A DNA stretch of 64,000 bases from Methanobacteriota archaeon (GCA_020697715.1 JAEHCO010000001.1:618139-682138), one strand, 5' to 3'; positions 18,831 to 33,276 are shown, counted from the stretch's first letter. The notes: a model not told the origin generated them from the sequence alone. Numbers and translations are program-made.

Positions 18831-19080
18831 GACCAAAAGAGAATTGAGGGGCAAGGCGCAATCCATACAGCCCACGGTTCGTGTCGGAAAGTCCGGGATC
18901 ACGGAACAGTTGATCGATGAGATCAAGAGCCAGCTTTCCAATAAAGAACTCATAAAGATCAAGATACTTGGCTGTGACAAGAATGAAGTTAAACTAATTG
19001 CCACAGAATTATCCACCCACACCAAAGCAGAGCTCATAGATGTCAGGGGCAATACGATGGTCCTTTGGAAAAAGGGTTAA
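18820..19080 (+). CDS. YhbY/CRM-domain RNA-binding protein
   Basis: VRVGKSGIT, ELIKIK, VRGNTMVLW. Confidence 0.92.
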   Translation: MDNKTKRELRGKAQSIQPTVRVGKSGITEQLIDEIKSQLSNKELIKIKILGCDKNEVKLIATELSTHTKAELIDVRGNTMVLWKKG

Positions 19081-19166
19081 ATATCCTTGGCTGTTTGTCA
19101 ACCCGAGGCCAACCATATATTGGTCTCGTCTCGCTGTTAAGGTAGTGGGGTAAATATACGCACAAT

Positions 19167-19250
19167 GCGGGGGTACCCGAGCATGGCCAAAGGGGCTAGG
19201 TTGAGGGCCTAGTGGTTAGTCCTTCGAGGGTTCAAATCCCTTCCCCCGCA
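19167..19250 (+). tRNA. tRNA-Leu(GAG)
   Basis: Acceptor GCGGGGG/TCCCCCGC, anticodon arm CTAGG-TT-GAG-GG-CCTAG, long variable arm, TTCAAAT. Confidence 0.95.
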
Positions 19251-19435
19251 CTTTTTCTTTTACCTTCGCTGCGCTGGCTCACCCTCCAAAAGAAAAAGGC
19301 GCACAAATCGAATCAAGCCAATTGGCTTGATCAAAATAAATGCGTAGGTTCCATAGGTAAAGTCGCATTTAAAAAAAGAAAAATCGGGTGAGCCTGCTCG
19401 CTCAGTAAGTATGTACCTTCCTTGCATTGCAAGAC
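19251..19435. repeat. tRNA-adjacent structured element, copy A (with internal two-hairpin module)
   Basis: Homologous to 57664-57790 with compensatory changes; module 19310-19377 is homologous to 54531-54594. Confidence 0.85.
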
Positions 19436-19534
19436 AACCAGTAAATTGAAAAGCTTTGTAGATGTAAAATATTAAAACGAGAAGAGCATTATGGGATTGT
19501 AATATCTACCTATTGAAAGGATGGAGATGTAAAA

Positions 19535-19840
19535 ATGAATCAATACGATATCAAAAGAGGACATTTTGGAAATATCGAGGGCGATAAACTTAAAAATTTG
19601 ATGAAAGACATATTTGGAAATGCCAAGAAGGATGGCGACAATTTTGTATCCACTTATGGCGCGCTTGACAAGCTCATTGTCGGATTCGATGGAAAGAAGA
19701 AGCTCAATGTCGAGACCGTGATGAACCCGAATGTCGATAATGATGTGGCTTCAGACACTATCAAGCAGTACAATGATTTTCTTCTGAGAGCAACTGGCTT
19801 CACATCCAAAGAGCGCAAGAAGAGAGCGAACAAAGCTTGA
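19535..19840 (+). CDS. Conserved archaeal hypothetical protein (DUF5611-like)
   Basis: YDIKRGH N-terminus, YGAL, ATGFTSKERKK C-terminus. Confidence 0.7.
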   Translation: MNQYDIKRGHFGNIEGDKLKNLMKDIFGNAKKDGDNFVSTYGALDKLIVGFDGKKKLNVETVMNPNVDNDVASDTIKQYNDFLLRATGFTSKERKKRANKA

Positions 19841-19883
19841 TCCAATATTCCGTCAAGCTTTAGCCTTTTTTCTTTATGCTAGC

Positions 19884-21350
19884 TCACGTCCTGTACGTAC
19901 TTGGCGACAGCACAATTAGCCCTGTCAATATCTCAAGTCTACCTATCCACATGCAGAATGTCAGTACTATCTTCGCAAAGGAATTCAAATTATGAAATCC
20001 CTCTCCTGGCATGAAGATGCCGAGTCCGGAATTGGCCAAGCAGCTGGCGACTGCGGATAATGATGTCTCGATACCAACACCAGTGCCACAGATCAATACT
20101 ACAGCCACTACAAGCACAAGTAGGTAGCTGAAGAAGAGCAATTGCACCCGTGCCACCACTTTTTCCGGGATCACTCTGTTATTGAATTTCACTGCCAGGA
20201 CGGCTCTTGGATGGATGGATTTCAATATACCATTCTTCATATTTTCCAGAAGAATGAGTATTCGGGATATCTTCAATCCTCCACTTGTTGAGCCAAGTGT
20301 CGCTCCTACCAACATTGCGAGGATGATGAGCGCATACACGATAGGTGGCCATTGAGCGATACCATCGGCTGTTGAGAACCCACTAGTGGTTCCCGCAGAT
20401 ACGATCTGGAACATTCCTTTTCTGAAAGATTCTCCAAATCCAAATTCACCAGAAAGATACAGTGCGAATATCGAAATGAAAGCAAGCATCCCGATCCAGA
20501 TGAGGAAAGCCCTCAGTTCGGGATCCATTATCACTTCCTTGTACTTACCAGTGATAACTCTGTAATGGAGGATGAAGTTCGTACTGCCTATGATCATGAA
20601 CATCATGACTATCAGTTCCACACCAGGACTATCGTAGAATCCGATATTGTCCGAGTGCACGGAGAACCCGCCAGTGGACAAGGTGGAAAAGGATGTCGCC
20701 ACTGAATCAAATGGAGACAGCCCTGCTATCAACAATAGAATTATCGACAGTAATGTGAATAGACCATACACACCCCACAGTATCCTCGCTGTTTGGTGTA
20801 ATTTGGGCTTGAGGCGGGTGACAGTCGCACCTGCCACCTCGGCCTTGAAGAGATGCACTCCCCCCTCTAAGAAACGTGCCAGTATCACGACACTGAAGAC
20901 TATGATACCCATACCGCCAAGCCATGTGGTCACCGCCCGCCACATGAGTATGCTGTGCGAATGAATGTCTATATAATCTCCATTGGAAGGGTCCAATATT
21001 GTGGCTCCAGTCGTTGTGAAGCCAGACATGGACTCGAAGTAAGCATCAATTGGGCTGGTGATGGAACCGGAAATGAGGAAAGGCAGAGCTCCCAAAGCAG
21101 CGATGACCAACCATCCGATCCCCACGACCACGAAGGCCTCCCTTTCTCTAAGGTCTTGTCCCCAGTCCTTTGTGTAATACCACATGGTGGTTCCTAAAAC
21201 AACAGATAGCAGCATGGGCAAGACGTATGTCTTGAACAGGAAGATCCCAGATTCTCCGTAGATGGCTCCTGTTATCAGGGGGACAAAAAATGCAAAGCTG
21301 AAAAGAAGAATGATATACCCCATCACCGCAATTATGCCATCCTTTCTCAT
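19884..21350 (-). CDS. trkH: Trk potassium uptake membrane protein
   Basis: FESMSGFTTTG, WLGGMG, STGGFS, STSGGLK and WIGRLE motifs. Confidence 0.95.
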   Translation of the reverse strand: MRKDGIIAVMGYIILLFSFAFFVPLITGAIYGESGIFLFKTYVLPMLLSVVLGTTMWYYTKDWGQDLREREAFVVVGIGWLVIAALGALPFLISGSITSPIDAYFESMSGFTTTGATILDPSNGDYIDIHSHSILMWRAVTTWLGGMGIIVFSVVILARFLEGGVHLFKAEVAGATVTRLKPKLHQTARILWGVYGLFTLLSIILLLIAGLSPFDSVATSFSTLSTGGFSVHSDNIGFYDSPGVELIVMMFMIIGSTNFILHYRVITGKYKEVIMDPELRAFLIWIGMLAFISIFALYLSGEFGFGESFRKGMFQIVSAGTTSGFSTADGIAQWPPIVYALIILAMLVGATLGSTSGGLKISRILILLENMKNGILKSIHPRAVLAVKFNNRVIPEKVVARVQLLFFSYLLVLVVAVVLICGTGVGIETSLSAVASCLANSGLGIFMPGEGFHNLNSFAKIVLTFCMWIGRLEILTGLIVLSPSTYRT

Positions 21351-21357
21351 ATGATCC

Positions 21358-22752
21358 TCAGCCTTTTCTCGAACGCATGAATAATTTATCGATCTTCTTC
21401 AAGGATTCAGTGCCAGCAAATATGATCAATCGATCCCCTGGTCTCACAACATCAAATTGTGTGGGTCTGAGAACAGTGCCACCTCTTATGACCGAGCCAA
21501 TGAAGCTATTGTTCGGTAGCTTCACCTTGCCGAACTCTTTCCCAACTATCCACAGATCATCGGAGACGAAGACCTCCAGAACCCGTGATTCATTTGATGG
21601 CAAGCTTGTTATCTGCTTCGTTGTGGGTCTTTTCTGACCAGGCTTTGCAATATGTTTCAACATGGTATTGGCAGTTATCATCCTCGGGCTCAAAGCAACC
21701 GTGATGCCTATCTGCTCGAATAGTGGAATTAGATCCGGATCCTCTACCAAAGCCATTGTCTTCCTAACTCCCAATCTCATTGCGATCAAGCATGCCAGCA
21801 TATTGAACTCACTGCTTTCGGTGGTGGCTACGAAAGCTCCAACATCCTCGATACCCTCCTCTTTAAGGGCCTTATCATCAATGCCGGATATGTGGATCGT
21901 CAGAGCTTTTTTCAATTGTGTAGCTGCTTCTTCACATTGCTCTTCACATTCATCCATCAGGAGTATCAATCTTGACAACTCCAGGCTTTGGGCAAGGTTG
22001 ATCCCGATATCATTGGCTCCCATGATCATTATCTTGTCCATGCCCACTTCCATCTTTTCTCCCACAACAGTACTGACACTGATCTCCAATCTGAAGGCCG
22101 TTTCCACTTCGGGTATCTTATTCTTGGAGTCGATGGTAACAAATATCTTGTCCCCTGGCCTGAACTTACCTGCCAGATCAGGATTAACAACAATACCGGA
22201 TCGTGCTATGGCGGAGATCAGGCAGCCTTTGGGCAAGGTCACTCCATCTATGCCTATTGATGTCAGAGGGCTGTTCTCCGGTAATATGAAATTTATAATC
22301 AATCCGCCTTCTTTGGTCACGACCTCGCTTTCTACCAGAGAAGGAAGCAGAAGCATTTTAGCCATGTGCTTCGCCGTCACCCTGTCCGGGCATATAGCCA
22401 GGTCGATTCCGAAAAGATCCAATTTGCCAGAGATCATATTCTCCGGCATGTAGTCTCTATCATTTATCCTGGCCATTGTTCGGCATCCTTTTGTTTTGGC
22501 AATTATGGAACTTATTATATTCACTTCATCAGAGCCAGTTGCTCCGATAAAAATATCAGCCGAACTGATGCCAGCTTCTATTAAAGTTGATAGACTTGCA
22601 GCATTTCCATTGATGGATAGCACATCCATGCTTTCAAAGACACTCATTCTTTCTTTGTTCTTTTCAATGACTGCGAGATTATGCCCTTCCTCTAATAGCG
22701 TCTCGGTTATCTGGAGACCAACTTGCCCCATCCCTGCAATGACAATATACAT
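21358..22752 (-). CDS. trkA: Trk potassium uptake NAD-binding subunit
   Basis: IAGMGQVG Rossmann motif, two RCK N/C repeats, adjacent to trkH. Confidence 0.92.
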   Translation of the reverse strand: MYIVIAGMGQVGLQITETLLEEGHNLAVIEKNKERMSVFESMDVLSINGNAASLSTLIEAGISSADIFIGATGSDEVNIISSIIAKTKGCRTMARINDRDYMPENMISGKLDLFGIDLAICPDRVTAKHMAKMLLLPSLVESEVVTKEGGLIINFILPENSPLTSIGIDGVTLPKGCLISAIARSGIVVNPDLAGKFRPGDKIFVTIDSKNKIPEVETAFRLEISVSTVVGEKMEVGMDKIMIMGANDIGINLAQSLELSRLILLMDECEEQCEEAATQLKKALTIHISGIDDKALKEEGIEDVGAFVATTESSEFNMLACLIAMRLGVRKTMALVEDPDLIPLFEQIGITVALSPRMITANTMLKHIAKPGQKRPTTKQITSLPSNESRVLEVFVSDDLWIVGKEFGKVKLPNNSFIGSVIRGGTVLRPTQFDVVRPGDRLIIFAGTESLKKIDKLFMRSRKG

Positions 22753-23022
22753 TCACAGGTTCAATACAGTAAAGGATTAAAGGGTTTTCATGTCCTCAAT
22801 TCATCTTCCTCTTGTCTGGATTGAATTTATGTATCAGTGGAAAAAGTGGATTTTTTAAAACAGTCATATATAATACTTTCTCAAATTAGCTATTTTTTGA
22901 AAATAATGTTGTTATTTTTCGATATAATGCATTATATTATTAATAAATAACACGTACGCATGGGAATGTTTATATATAATAACGTTTTCGGAGGTGAGCT
23001 ATCCAACATTTGACTCAGGTGT

Positions 23023-23182
23023 GGGCCCGTAGCTCAGCTAGGTTGACTTTCGCGAATGAAGATCCGCGTAAGTCCTAGAAAGAGCATCTGGCTTTTATCT
23101 GACCAATGTATGCGAACGGATGCTATTCGTTGGTTGGAAAGATACCAGGTGGTCAAGGGTTCGAATCCCTTCGGGCTCGCCA
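23023..23182 (+). tRNA. tRNA-Lys(TTT) with two introns (D-loop ~23045-23079; canonical 37/38 at 23098-23143) and encoded CCA
   Basis: Acceptor GGGCCCG/CGGGCTC-G-CCA; D stem GCTC/GAGC split by a hairpin insert; strict BHB at the anticodon (helix CTTT/AAAG, bulges TA|T and AT|A). Confidence 0.9.
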
Positions 23183-23251
23183 AACCTATATGAGAAAAGT
23201 GTGGATACTAAAAGAGGAGTTGATTATTCAATTTAGTTTGGAGGCGGTAAT

Positions 23252-23506
23252 ATGGAATTCAATGTACTCGAACATGAAATGGTGCCGGAGCATCATCTTC
23301 TTTCGGAAGATGAGGAGAAGGCAGTTCTAAAAGGCTATAAGATCGGAAAGGACCAGCTCCCGAAGATCAGAAAGAATGACCCTTGTATCAAAACACTGGA
23401 ACATATAATCGGTGATGAGATATCTGAGGGTAGAGTGATCAAAGTCGTAAGGTTGAATCCCATCGCTGGGGTGTCAGTGGCTTACAGAGTAGTAATAAGA
23501 GGATAG
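23252..23506 (+). CDS. rpoH: RNA polymerase subunit H (Rpo5)
   Basis: HEMVPEH, QLPKI..DP, YRVV. Confidence 0.96.
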   Translation: MEFNVLEHEMVPEHHLLSEDEEKAVLKGYKIGKDQLPKIRKNDPCIKTLEHIIGDEISEGRVIKVVRLNPIAGVSVAYRVVIRG

Positions 23507-23514
23507 GTGTTCCA

Positions 23515-26500
23515 ATGAGAGAACTTGTTCAAGCCTTTTTTAAGGACAGAAGCATTGTAAACCATCATATCGCATCTTACAACGATTTCCTGCCAACAAT
23601 AGATAATCCCAATAGCAGGATGCAGCAGATCGTGGACAATATTAGGGTATCAAAGGACGAGATCCTGAGGGGAGTTATCCGCCTGGACTCGGACAAGACC
23701 GATGGCAATATTGTTGATGTGAGGATAGGTAGAAAGAGGGACAAGAATGGTGCAATAGATGCCCATTCCAAACCCACATTGTACATAGGTTCACCAAGGG
23801 TCAAAGAGGCCAATGGTGCGACCAATCCATTGACTCCGATGGAAGCCAGGTTGAGGAACCTCACCTACATGGCCCCTATTGAACTGACGGTCACTATTAT
23901 AGAGAATGGCATCGAGCGGGAACCCGAGGGTGTCCATATAGGTAATTTACCAGTCATGGTCAAATCAAAGAAATGTAACATCCATGACAATAATATCGAC
24001 CTCATGTTCAAATTGAAGACCGATGAGGAATTAGCCAGGATGTCTCCAAGTGAGAAGCTCAGCGGTGTTGGCGAGGATCCATGTGATTCTGGTGGTTATT
24101 TCATCGTTGGCGGAACAGAACGTGTTCTCATATCCCTGGAAGATCTGGCTCCTAACAGAGTTCTTGTGGAATACAGCGAAAGGTATGGAACAAGGACCGA
24201 GGTCGCCAAGGTGTTCTCACAGAAAGAAGGATACCGTGCTCTTACTTTGGTTGAGAAGAAGAGAGACAGTGTTCTGTATGTCTCAGTTGCCGCAGCCTCC
24301 GGTAAAATACCACTTATTTTGCTAATGAAGGCACTGGGTCTGGAAAGTGATGAGGATATTTACAATGCCGTTGTATCTGATCCTTCAATGGCCAATATCC
24401 TTTATGCGAACATAGAGGAGATCCAGGACCCAAAGCACTGCCCTCCAGATGGTGTTTTCACCACAGAAGATGCGATCTTGTGGTTGGAGAAGAAGTTCGC
24501 TACAGGTCAGGCAAAGGAATACAGGATAAAGAAGGTCGAATCTATATTGGACAAATCATTATTGCCTCATCTTGGAGATGCTCCTGAGGATAGGTTGAAG
24601 AAGGCAATTTTCTTAGGAAGGATAGCCAGGACCGTGCTCGAACTCTCCCTCGACATGAGGGGAGAGGATGATAAGGATCATTATGCTAACAAGAGACTGA
24701 AGCTATCTGGAGACCTGATGGAGGATCTATTCAGGGTGTCATTCACCAATCTCGTAAAGGATCTCAAATACCAACTTGAGAGAGGATATGCCAAGAAGAA
24801 GAGCATGAAGATAAGCTCCGCTATAAGACCGGACTTACTCACGCAGAGACTTCTACATGCACTTTCTACTGGTAATTGGGTCGGTGGACGAGCTGGTGTT
24901 TCCCAGCTTCTCGATAGGACATCCAATATGAGCGCGCTCAGTCATTTGAGAAGGGTCACATCCCCATTGACCAGGACCCAGCCGCATTTCGAGGCCAGGG
25001 ATCTTCACCCCACCCAGTGGGGCAGATTGTGTCCAAATGAGACACCAGAAGGTCAGAATTGTGGTCTTGTCAAGAACTGCGCTTTACTTGTGGATGTTTC
25101 CGAGAGATCGCATGAGCACATTGTCAAAATGCTTCTGCAGGATCTTGGCATAAAAGAGGTCAAGGGTCAGCAGACCAAGAGCACCAAGGTGTATGTCAAT
25201 GGTGACCTGATAGGTACACATGACAGACCAAAGGACCTTGTCGAGGAAGTACGCCAGAGAAGAAGAAGCGGCATGATCTCCAATGAGGTCAATCTCCGAT
25301 ATGACGAGGATATGAACGACGTTATAATCAACTGTGATGAGGGAAGGTTGAGAAGGCCCCTCATCGTGTCCAAAGATGGAAGGCTTCTATTGAACAAGAA
25401 ACACATGGATGGCCTGAACTCGGGGAAGATAAAGATACAGGATATTGTCCGTGAAGGTATAATCGAATGGCTGGATGCGGAAGAGGAAGAGGATACTTAC
25501 ATCGCTGTAAGAGCCTTCAATTCACCAACCCAGTGTGATCACTGTGGCCATCTGCTTTCCAGTACAGATACGACCTGGGAAAATATTGGAGTTCCTGATG
25601 ACGTAGTGAAGCTCAAGTGTAAGCATTGTGAAAAGATCATGAAGGTGGAGAAGCTCCTCAGGGACGATCACACACATATGGAGATCGACCCCATGCTCAT
25701 TCTGGGTGTGGCAGCAGGTTTGGTTCCGTATCCGGAACACAATTCATCACCAAGGATCACAATGGGTTCAGCTATGGCCAAGCAGTCCCTTGGACTCAGC
25801 AGTTCGAATTACAGGATAAGGCCAGATACCAGGGCTCACCTCCTTCACTACCCACAGAGACCTATGGTACAGACAGAGGTCATGAACTTCGTGAACTTCA
25901 CAAAGAGACCTGGTGGCCAGAATTTCGTGGTTGCTGTCGCAACTCACCATGGTTACAATATGGAGGATGCTCTTGTCATGAGCAAGTCATCCATCCAGAG
26001 AGGTTTAGGACATTCCACCTTCTTCAGGACATACAAGGCTGAAGAGAGGAGATATCCAGGTGGCCAGGAGGATCATTTCGAGATACCTAGCCCGGATGTT
26101 CGAGGTGCAAGGGCCGATCTTTCTTACAATAGTCTGAATGAAGATGGCCTGATAAGTCCAGAGACCAATATCAAAGGCGGAGATGTCCTCATAGGTAAGA
26201 CATCGCCACCAAGGTTCCTTGAAGAGGACACGGATTTCCTTACTCCTCAGAAGAGAAGAGAAACATCGGTCACAGTTCGCCCCGGAGAAAAAGGCTGGGT
26301 TGACAGTGTGATGCTCACAGAGACCGAGAATGGAAGCCGCCTTGTAAAGGTCAAGGTCAGGGATCCAAGGATGCCCGAGCTTGGTGACAAGTTCGCATCC
26401 AGACACGGTCAGAAAGGTGTTATTGGACTTCTTGTAGATATGGAGGACATGCCCTTCACGGAAAGTGGCCAGACCCCCGATCTTATAATCAATCCACACG

Positions 26501-27119
26501 GTATTCCATCACGTATGACCGTCGCTCACGTTCTTGAGATGGTGGGCGGAAAGATGGGATCGATGAAAGGACGCTTCATTGACGGAACTTCTTTTAGTGG
26601 AGAAAAAGAAGAAGTTCTCAGGCAGGAACTTGTCAATCATGGTTTCAAACACAATAGCAGGGAGGTCATGTACGATGGTCGTACTGGCCAGTATATCAAT
26701 GCCGATATCTTTGTCGGCGTCATCTATTATCAGAAGTTGCATCACATGGTAGCTGGAAAACTGCATATGCGATCCAGAGGTCCAGTACAGATATTGACCA
26801 GACAGCCAACAGAAGGAAGGTCAAGACAGGGTGGACTGAGGTTCGGTGAGATGGAACGTGACTGTCTCATAGGACACGGAGCCGCAATGGTGATCAAGGA
26901 CAGATTATTGGATGAATCCGATGGAACGACCCAGTATGTTTGTGGAAATTCAGCCTGTGGCCATATAGCTATACTTGACCGCAGAGGTGTTCTGAGATGC
27001 CCGGTCTGTGGAAATAATTCAAGTGTCCACCCGGTTCAGACCAGTTATGCCTTCAAGCTACTGATGGATGAATTACTATCGCTTGGCGTCGCCATGCGTC
27101 TTCAACTGGAGGAATTGAA

Positions 27120-27123
<4 letters not shown>
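23515..27123 (+). CDS. rpoB: RNA polymerase subunit B (Rpo2, unsplit)
   Basis: [34 protein letters not shown]. Confidence 0.98.
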
Positions 27124-31307
<4,184 letters not shown>

Positions 31308-31308
<1 letters not shown>

Positions 31309-31583
31309 TGGATCTTAACAAAGCCCTAAGAACTGCAGCCAAGAGTGGTAAATTACTATTTGGAGCAGACCAGGCAATGAAAGCCATCGAAACAAAGGAA
31401 GCCAAATTGATAGTAGTGGCCAGTAACTCTCCAAATCCGGAATTGAAAGAGCAGAGTGAAATACCATTCATGGATTTTCCGGGAACCAATATGGAACTCG
31501 GATCAGCCTGTGGAAAGCCATTTTCAATATCAGTAGTGACGATTCTTGATCCTGGCGAATCCCAGATATTGTCAAATAGGTAG
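31308..31583 (+). CDS. rpl30e: 50S ribosomal protein L30e
   Basis: ELGSACGKPF, DPGES; operon position. Confidence 0.95.
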
Positions 31584-31588
31584 ATCCA

Positions 31589-32014
31589 ATGTCTGATATA
31601 GTACTCGACAATCAAACTCTCCTTCACATCACATTATTCGAGAGAATGACCCGAACCACCATAAAGGACTGTGTTGAGACCGATGACAGGATAATCTTTG
31701 TCGTGAAGGCAGGCCAGATAAGCAAGGCTGTTGGAATAAAAGGTGAGAATGTATCCAAGCTAAGGAAACAATTATCCAAGACCATACAGATAGTCGAGTA
31801 CTCGGAAGATCCTGTCCAGTTCATAAAAAGTGTATTTCATCCTTATGAGGCCAATGCAGTGGATATAGAGCAGCGCGGTGACCTGACACATGCGACGGTC
31901 ACCGTCAACCCTCTCCTTAAAGCAAAGGCCATAGGCAAGGCGGGACGAAACCTGAAGATAGCTAGGGACATGATCTACAGGCACCATAAAATACAAAGCG
32001 TAAGCGTAGCGTAG
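31589..32014 (+). CDS. nusA: Archaeal NusA (two KH domains)
   Basis: AVGIKG and AIGKAGRN KH motifs; operon position. Confidence 0.93.
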   Translation: MSDIVLDNQTLLHITLFERMTRTTIKDCVETDDRIIFVVKAGQISKAVGIKGENVSKLRKQLSKTIQIVEYSEDPVQFIKSVFHPYEANAVDIEQRGDLTHATVTVNPLLKAKAIGKAGRNLKIARDMIYRHHKIQSVSVA

Positions 32015-32098
32015 CTTTGTATCAATTCTGAGTGTAAGCGTAGCGTAGCTTTGTATCAATTCTGAGTGTGAGTGTGGCGTAGCTTTGTATCAATATTG
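31997..32098 (+). repeat. 3 x 34 bp tandem repeat containing the nusA 3' end
   Basis: Units start at 31997, 32031 and 32065, consensus AGYGTRAGYGTRGCGTAGCTTTGTATCAATWYTG. Confidence 0.93.
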
Positions 32099-32149
32099 AA
32101 TGGATCCACTCATATGGTATCAATTTTAATTATGATATAGCATCAATGC

Positions 32150-32698
32150 TCATTGTGATGTGTGTTCCATCGCTTTTTCTATAAATCTATCTGGCTCATT
32201 GACATCGATCATTATCTCATCAGCCAGTTTTCCCATTACGGACTTGAACCGCCTGGCCTCTTTCAGTTTTATTTTCACCGAATTGCTCTTGGATGTGGCC
32301 ATGGAAATAATTGGCTTTCTAAGACTGGGGGTGACACCGTACCCCAGTGACAATGCATCTGCCCTTTCCACCTTCAGAATATCATCCCAGGGGATCTCTA
32401 TTTTGAACAGGAAGCCCTGTCTAAGCACCATGCGATCATCAGATATGCCGTGCCTGGTCAATATCGGCGATATTCCAAACATTATGAGATAGATAATGTA
32501 CAGGACGATGAAAAGCCCCACATACAGCATGTCGGGAAAACTAATGGCCACGATGGCTATGATGGAAATAAATAAGACTGATATGTACACACTTCTTATG
32601 AAGAAAAGTATATGCTCGTAATCAAATTCATCTTCCATATGGGTCACAAGGTGATAAGAATTTTCAGGTTTAAAATGATTGTTCATCATTCTGGCCAT
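32150..32698 (-). CDS. Membrane protein, two TM helices plus probable bacterial PH-like domain
   Basis: Two hydrophobic helices, then LRQG..F...IPWDDI and DVNEPDRF; start uncertain. Confidence 0.65.
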   Translation of the reverse strand: MARMMNNHFKPENSYHLVTHMEDEFDYEHILFFIRSVYISVLFISIIAIVAISFPDMLYVGLFIVLYIIYLIMFGISPILTRHGISDDRMVLRQGFLFKIEIPWDDILKVERADALSLGYGVTPSLRKPIISMATSKSNSVKIKLKEARRFKSVMGKLADEIMIDVNEPDRFIEKAMEHTSQ

Positions 32699-32705
32699 AA
32701 AAAAT

Positions 32706-32737
32706 AATTAATGCGAGTTTTTATACTCGCATTAATT
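32706..32737 (-). terminator. Hairpin terminator downstream of the pilin gene
   Basis: Perfect 13-bp inverted repeat AATTAATGCGAGT/ACTCGCATTAATT with a T-run on the minus strand. Confidence 0.6.
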
Positions 32738-32757
32738 CGACTTAATATGTTTCATAT

Positions 32758-33276
32758 TCACATATTAAGCAGGCTGCCACCACTCATCTGGATCTGTTCT
32801 CCTTCTGCATTGACGATCGTTATTGTGTATTCACCAGGCTGTGCATTGGCCCAGGTCAATGTTATGTAGTCACCAGTGTTTATTTGAGAGTTGTCTCCAA
32901 GATCAGTTGATATTGCAGTGATGACCTGTCCAGAGCCATCCTGATCTACATCAGTTGCTGTCGGTGGATTGGCATCAAACGATAATTCATAACTAGTAGA
33001 ATTAACACCAGCTATTTTTATTGTTATATCCGTCCACTTGATATCTTTGCTGAATGCTCCAAATTTCATTATCGCAGTCGTTGAAGAGTCCTTTTCCAGT
33101 TCGACCCAATTTCCTGTTGGAGCTATACTTGTATCATTGTCAAATTCCATGACCATGACGTACAATACAGCTGCTAATACCACAGTTATCGCGACCATCA
33201 AAATGGTGGCTATAACTGGAGACACTCCATCTGAATCCTTTCGGATCCTCCATATATTTTTTATTTTTCTTTTCAT
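32758..33276 (-). CDS. Archaeal type IV pilin (class III signal peptide, DUF1628-like)
   Basis: Basic N-terminus, cleavage site DG|VSPVIATILMVAITVVLAAVLYVMV, beta-rich globular domain; ATG 33276 after AGGAGG. Confidence 0.92.
   Translation of the reverse strand: MKRKIKNIWRIRKDSDGVSPVIATILMVAITVVLAAVLYVMVMEFDNDTSIAPTGNWVELEKDSSTTAIMKFGAFSKDIKWTDITIKIAGVNSTSYELSFDANPPTATDVDQDGSGQVITAISTDLGDNSQINTGDYITLTWANAQPGEYTITIVNAEGEQIQMSGGSLLNM

Noticed and set aside
4065-19250. Integrated element between tRNAs
   Set aside because: No integrase, no duplicated tRNA 3' end, and core genes are interspersed.
19251-19435. Known ribozyme or riboswitch (hammerhead, twister, pistol, fluoride, T-box) or a simple terminator
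   Set aside because: I could not find their core motifs by eye, and long-range covariation exceeds what a terminator needs. An Rfam scan is still required.
23106-23330. 74-aa ORF in the track
   Set aside because: Overlaps tRNA-Lys and rpoH out of frame; spurious.
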